DNA of 38,159 nucleotides from a bacterium (GTDB lineage Bacteria; UBA9089; UBA9088; JAGUXG01): NCBI GenBank assembly GCA_020061965.1, contig JAGUXG010000211.1, positions 1 to 38,159 of the forward strand, read 5' to 3'. Shown piece by piece: positions 33,780 to 38,159 of this stretch (position 1 is its first letter; each line of letters starts with the position of its first letter). The notes under the pieces were generated by a model. It saw only the letters and a program-made list of their open reading frames with translations, ran no database searches and was not told where the DNA came from. The position numbers and the translations under genes were made by a program.

Positions 33780-34817
33780 ATGTTTAAACCAAATTTTAGA
33801 TATATAAACAAAATAGTCCGGTTACTTACCAGAATTTCTGCAGCAAGAGAGGCAATACTCAATTCACCTTTAATTCCAAAATGGGAAGTAGCCTTAAGGC
33901 GTGAAGCGATAATCCATAGTGCCCATTCATCTACGAGCATTGAGGGAAACAGATTGTCTCTGAAACAGGTAAGTGACTTGGCTCAGGGAAGAGAAGTAAT
34001 GGCTACCCGAAAGGATAAACAGGAAGTTTTGAATTATCTGAATGTTCTGGAAAATATTGGGGAATTGACAAAAGGTGGTTCTATAGTTGAAAAGGATATT
34101 TTAAGTATCCACCATAAGGTAACAAAAGACACCTTAGATAATCCTGATGATTGCGGGGTTTATCGCAGACGCTATGTCGTGGTGGTAAATAGATTTACCG
34201 GCGAGGTCTTTTTTAGACCACCCCAAAATGAAGATGTGCCAGGATTAATAAAAAATTTGGTTGAATGGATAAACTCAGGTGAGGCAAAAGAATTAGACCC
34301 TGTTATTGAGGCAGGAATAGCCCACTATGAATTCGTCAGAATCCATCCTTTTATTGATGGAAACGGCAGAACTACAAGGGTTTTGGCAACTTTAATCCTT
34401 TATCTGCAAGGCTTTGACACCAAACAGTTCTTTTGCCTTGATGATTACTATAATTCGGATAGACCAGCTTATTACAAGGCATTACAAAGCGTTAATCAAA
34501 AGACCTTGGATTTAACTGACTGGTTGGAATATTTTGTTGAAGGGGTAGATGTAAGTCTCTCGGCAGTTAAAGAAAGAACAGTAAGACTTAGCAGTGATAG
34601 ATTGAGAAAAGCCAAGAGAGGACAGATTTCTTTAACCGAAAGGCAGATGAGGATTGTGGAGTTTATAAACCGGAATGGGAAGATAAAAGCAAGTGATATC
34701 GCAAGGATGTTTAGTATCAGCAGACAGGCTGCATTGAAAGAAATAGGAAAATTGGTGAAATTAGAGGTTGTTTTGCCAAAAGGAGAAAAGAGAGGGGTAC
34801 ACTATGTCTTATCTTAG
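33780..34817 (+). CDS. Fic-family protein (AMPylase-type) with N-terminal inhibitory motif and C-terminal winged-helix domain
   Basis: Fic motif HPFIDGNGRTTR. Upstream STSIEGN fits (S/T)xxxE(G/N). The C-terminus RQMRIVEFINRNGKIKASDIARMFSISRQAALKEIGKLV is wHTH-like. Confidence 0.9.
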   Translation: MFKPNFRYINKIVRLLTRISAAREAILNSPLIPKWEVALRREAIIHSAHSSTSIEGNRLSLKQVSDLAQGREVMATRKDKQEVLNYLNVLENIGELTKGGSIVEKDILSIHHKVTKDTLDNPDDCGVYRRRYVVVVNRFTGEVFFRPPQNEDVPGLIKNLVEWINSGEAKELDPVIEAGIAHYEFVRIHPFIDGNGRTTRVLATLILYLQGFDTKQFFCLDDYYNSDRPAYYKALQSVNQKTLDLTDWLEYFVEGVDVSLSAVKERTVRLSSDRLRKAKRGQISLTERQMRIVEFINRNGKIKASDIARMFSISRQAALKEIGKLVKLEVVLPKGEKRGVHYVLS

Positions 34818-34821
34818 AAAT

Positions 34822-34854
34822 GGTTGTCATATTGGTTGTCATTCAGGTTGTCAT
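34822..34854 (+). repeat. Three direct GGTTGTCAT repeats with 12-nt periodicity upstream of the 1028-aa gene
   Basis: GGTTGTCAT at 34822, 34834 and 34846, read directly. Function unknown, possibly an operator. Confidence 0.7.
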
Positions 34855-34901
34855 TTTGATAAGAGGAACAGCGACCATGTGTTTCTTGAGTATAGCATAA
34901 G

Positions 34902-37900
34902 ATGATTAAGACAGTATTAATAAGATTTGTTTTGTGGATTGTCCTTTTTCTTCTAATAACTTCTGGTTATACCTTTGATGAAGAAATAAAAAAGCTTATC
35001 TATCCTGAAAAAGCAGGATACACAACAGGTACGGTGGTGTGGGTACACGATGGAGATACAGTAAAGACGAAACTACCTAATGGCTCTGAGACAAGTGTTC
35101 GATTGCTGGGTATAAATACACCAGAGGTAAAAAGCCAATACACAGATAAAGATGAGCCTTATGGCAAAGAAGCAAAATCTTTTGCTATAGACCAGCTTTA
35201 TGGAAAAGAGATTACCCTGTTTTATTCTAAGAATCCTAATCAGCAATATGATATATATGGCCGAATGCTTGCGGTAGTAGCTCAGGATGACAAAATATTC
35301 AACACAAGGCTTTTAGAAAATGGCCTGGCTGTCAGGCTATTTATGGCAAACGACATCATCAATTTTCCTGCCTGGGAGAAAAAAGAGGTTTCTGCAAGGA
35401 TGACAAACCTGAATATATGGTCTTATGGTACATCTGGTGTAATAATCAATGAACTGAATCCGAACCCATCGCCAGAGCCTGATGATTTGGCTGAGTTTGT
35501 CGAGATCTATAATACCAGTAATATTCCTGTTAATATTGGCAATTGGAGTTTTGGCAACAATAAGCAAACAGTTGTTCCAGAGGGAACAGTGATTCCAGCA
35601 AAAGGCTTTGTTATCTTAGCCCGCAATAATGAGGCAGAATTCAGAAAGATATACCCATCTACACCAAATAATTCCATAATTATTAATGCTAGTGGCTCTT
35701 TAGTCCTATCTAATACCTATAATCCTTCTTGCGGTCTGGTCGTGCATTTACGGGATAGCCTGGGCGGGTATCAAGACTCTTTTGTTTACAACTTGAATTG
35801 GGATAATAATGGAGCTAATGGAACAGGAAAGACACTGGAGCGAATAAATCCTGATGTAGAGAATCTTGGGGAGAGCACAAATGATGGGAATTGGGCACCA
35901 TCCTTACAAAATAAAGGAACACCCGGTACACAGAATTCTATTAGCCTTATATTTGAGCAAGGTTCTTTAATAGAAGCAGTATCCGTCTTAAAAAAGAAGG
36001 TGCTAAAAGAAGGTTATATAGATCCCACAGGAACAGATACCGAAAGAATGAGAGGCATTGTCCAATCGCTTATGGCTGGGATTACTGAAAGCAATACAAC
36101 AAAGCTGAATGATGCAGCAGTATTAGCTTCTCACTCAGGATACAACTTAGTTAGTTTCAAAGATGAGAGCCTTGAGACGCACTACATCCTGAGAGAAAAA
36201 GATGGGTTTAATCGAGGCTGGGGTTCTTACATCTTTGATTCCAAAGTGAGATCATCTATCATAATTGAAGTTCCGCACCCCTTATTTGATATGAATACCG
36301 AAGAGATAGGCATCAAAACATACTTAGAGACTAACGGTGCAGTCTTCCTTATCGCTGGAGCTCATAGAAACGCTAATAAAACAGGCACAGCTGATGTAGC
36401 CCATTTTAATCACACCATCTTTGAGGCAGTTCATGAAGAGGTGGTTGACTCTACTACCTGCAACATCCAAATCCATGGGTTCAGTCAAATAAACCATTAT
36501 GGGTATCCGAATATAGTTTTGAGTGCAGGGGATGGAAACAAACCCTATATTTTGAGAAGGATGACAAGGAAGATGAAGAATAAGGGGTTTAGTGTTGAAA
36601 TATATGACGGAATTAAATGGGGTGATCTGGGAGCAACAACCAATATTCAGGGAAGTTATACCAGAGGCATAGGCGGCACATTTATTAATATAGAGCTTGA
36701 GCAGTTTATTCGAACAAACCAGACAGAATATGAAAGGGTAATTCAAGCAATCAGGGATACTTTTATGCTTGTTCATTCGGTTGGACCAATCTTAGATATT
36801 GGTTCATCAAGTACTTATCTCGTTTACTATGACAACTGGAATGAAGACAAGATAAAAAAAGCAGAGAGATTCAATCTTGTTATCCTACATTCTGCAACCA
36901 ATATTACACCGGCCATAGTTCAAGACATCAAAGATGGCGATGATAACATAAAAGAGGTCGATGATGTAATCGTTATAGGATACCTGTCTATTGGCGAACA
37001 TGATGTAGATACGCCTGTAATCGGTGATGGCTCAGGGCCTGGTGGTTATGCCTCCTGGTATCTGGATGCAGACAACGATGATTATCCTGATAAAAATGTT
37101 TCCTTGGGAAGTTTCTATGTTGATGCAGGTAATGTTGAATGGCAAAAGATATTAAAAACCAACTCTGAGTATATCATAAATACCCTGAAGTGTGACGGTG
37201 TATTTTTAGATACAGTTGATACTGCTTCTCCATGGGGAAGTTATAGCAATACAGCCTCTGATATGTCAGGTCTTATTGAGGAGATTAGGGAATGGTATTC
37301 TGAAAGATACATAATTGTCAATCGAGGACTTTTTTACCTTGATCCCATAGAGGATGCCTATAAATATAACATTCGACCATACATCAATGGTGTGATATTT
37401 GAATGTTACTATACTGAATGGGACTGGAAAAATCACATGGGAACTATCAGCCCATACTTTAATAACAATAAAACCTACTGGGCAAATAGGGTAAATACAG
37501 AGGCAAAAAAGACTGATGGATTTACTGTTTTTTGTCTGGACTATTTGTCAAGAACCCAGAGCGACTATACTAATATGTTTGCAAACCAGGTGAATGAGGC
37601 CATAAACCAGCAGGGTTGGACAGATTATATTACGGATATTAATCTGGACTCAATCAGATTTGATCTTTACAGCCATCTAAATCCCCCCAACATTATTCTT
37701 AAAAAGAGTTGCAATAAAAGATACATTCTAATGGGTGAGGAGATAGTGTATACAATTACCTATACAAATACGGGTCAAGGAATAGCAACAGATTTAGTGA
37801 TAATTGAGGTGTTGCCAGAGAATGTGAAATTGTCCATAGTCTATAGTCCACAGTCCATAGTCAGTTATTATGTAAATGGTAATTGGCAGGAGACCTTTAG

Positions 37901-37988
37901 TGAATCTGCTACAAAGATAAGATGGCTTATTCCAGAGATAAGCCCAGCAGGGTCTGGCACAGTCAGTTTTACAGTGAAGGTAGAATAG
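34902..37988 (+). CDS. Secreted or anchored multidomain protein: SNase-type nuclease, lamin-tail domain, PghP/DUF867-like hydrolase-like region, GH114/COG2342-like TIM-barrel, DUF11
   Basis: N-terminal TM segment or signal. SNase motifs VHDGDTVK, RLLGINTPE and YGRMLAVV. LTD motifs INELNPNP and EFVEIYNTSNIPVNIGNW. Mid-region motifs IIEVPHPLFDMNTEE, IQIHGF and FINIELE. GH114-like motifs VIGYLSIGEHD, VEWQKIL and CDGVFLDTVDTASPW. DUF11 tail VYTITYTNTGQGIATDLVIIEVLPENV...GTVSFTVKVE. Confidence 0.85.
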   Translation: MIKTVLIRFVLWIVLFLLITSGYTFDEEIKKLIYPEKAGYTTGTVVWVHDGDTVKTKLPNGSETSVRLLGINTPEVKSQYTDKDEPYGKEAKSFAIDQLYGKEITLFYSKNPNQQYDIYGRMLAVVAQDDKIFNTRLLENGLAVRLFMANDIINFPAWEKKEVSARMTNLNIWSYGTSGVIINELNPNPSPEPDDLAEFVEIYNTSNIPVNIGNWSFGNNKQTVVPEGTVIPAKGFVILARNNEAEFRKIYPSTPNNSIIINASGSLVLSNTYNPSCGLVVHLRDSLGGYQDSFVYNLNWDNNGANGTGKTLERINPDVENLGESTNDGNWAPSLQNKGTPGTQNSISLIFEQGSLIEAVSVLKKKVLKEGYIDPTGTDTERMRGIVQSLMAGITESNTTKLNDAAVLASHSGYNLVSFKDESLETHYILREKDGFNRGWGSYIFDSKVRSSIIIEVPHPLFDMNTEEIGIKTYLETNGAVFLIAGAHRNANKTGTADVAHFNHTIFEAVHEEVVDSTTCNIQIHGFSQINHYGYPNIVLSAGDGNKPYILRRMTRKMKNKGFSVEIYDGIKWGDLGATTNIQGSYTRGIGGTFINIELEQFIRTNQTEYERVIQAIRDTFMLVHSVGPILDIGSSSTYLVYYDNWNEDKIKKAERFNLVILHSATNITPAIVQDIKDGDDNIKEVDDVIVIGYLSIGEHDVDTPVIGDGSGPGGYASWYLDADNDDYPDKNVSLGSFYVDAGNVEWQKILKTNSEYIINTLKCDGVFLDTVDTASPWGSYSNTASDMSGLIEEIREWYSERYIIVNRGLFYLDPIEDAYKYNIRPYINGVIFECYYTEWDWKNHMGTISPYFNNNKTYWANRVNTEAKKTDGFTVFCLDYLSRTQSDYTNMFANQVNEAINQQGWTDYITDINLDSIRFDLYSHLNPPNIILKKSCNKRYILMGEEIVYTITYTNTGQGIATDLVIIEVLPENVKLSIVYSPQSIVSYYVNGNWQETFSESATKIRWLIPEISPAGSGTVSFTVKVE
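37832..37864 (+). repeat. Short (4-unit) version of the GTCCATA heptanucleotide tract in the intact DUF11 module
   Basis: GTCCATA GTCTATA GTCCACA GTCCATA GTCAG, encoding SIVYSPQSIV in frame. Confidence 0.85.
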
Positions 37989-38152
37989 GAAAGATTATGT
38001 GCTTACTAAATCAAATGGGTGTGGCTATTCTTGAACGACAGTAAAACTGCTATATTACTGAAGTTAGGCAAAAAAGAATTAAAGGAAAATCCCTTTTATG
38101 CCGAGATATAAAGTAGGGATACTAATATCTCATAGAAAAGGAGGGATTTATA

Positions 38153-38159
38153 ATGAATA
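38153..38159 (+). CDS. Possible start of a further gene truncated by the window edge
   Basis: GGAGGG Shine-Dalgarno 7 nt before ATG 38153. Only 7 nt of the gene are visible. Confidence 0.25.

Noticed and set aside
36324-36776. 150-aa minus-strand ORF
   Set aside because: It is antisense to the PghP-like region of the 1028-aa gene.

Overview
This 38.2-kb window comes from a moderately AT-rich, probably uncultivated diderm bacterium, since lpxK, bamA and tamB are all present. No rRNA, tRNA or CRISPR array was recognised.

Positions 1 to about 29.5 kb are mainly housekeeping genes:
- a dgt-like HD hydrolase and infA-rpmJ (rpmJ is missing from the ORF track)
- a class A PBP, lpxK, and a LysM/Amidase_3 amidase followed by a GerMN protein
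- an orphan NuoE/NuoF-like pair and bioD-bioA
- an S10 ribosomal operon that stops after rplD
- a B12-binding radical SAM enzyme, hisA, a flavoprotein and fdhD
- bamA, a split beta-helix/FN3/Ig surface protein, a mazEF-like pair and tamB
- pyrB, a PHP hydrolase, pdxJ and ybeY

From about 29.6 kb to the end is an accessory region. Four copies or fragments of one DUF11-type C-terminal module alternate with toxin-like cassettes: an NTase-HEPN fusion, an NTase-like gene with a 56-aa partner, and a Fic gene. The region ends in a 1028-aa secreted protein with nuclease, lamin-tail, PghP-like, GH114-like and DUF11 domains.

The most unusual signal is a class of tandem repeats with a 7-nt unit, often arranged as hairpin-forming inverted arms.
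- They build a dispersed ~135-nt intergenic element present in two copies.
- They also lie inside coding sequence. Both frame breaks of one surface-protein gene fall exactly in such tracts.
- A second surface-protein gene is split at an A7/T7 run. Both cases look like contingency (phase-variable) loci, or like repeat-driven decay or assembly error.

All functional calls rest on motif recognition by eye. No database search was run.
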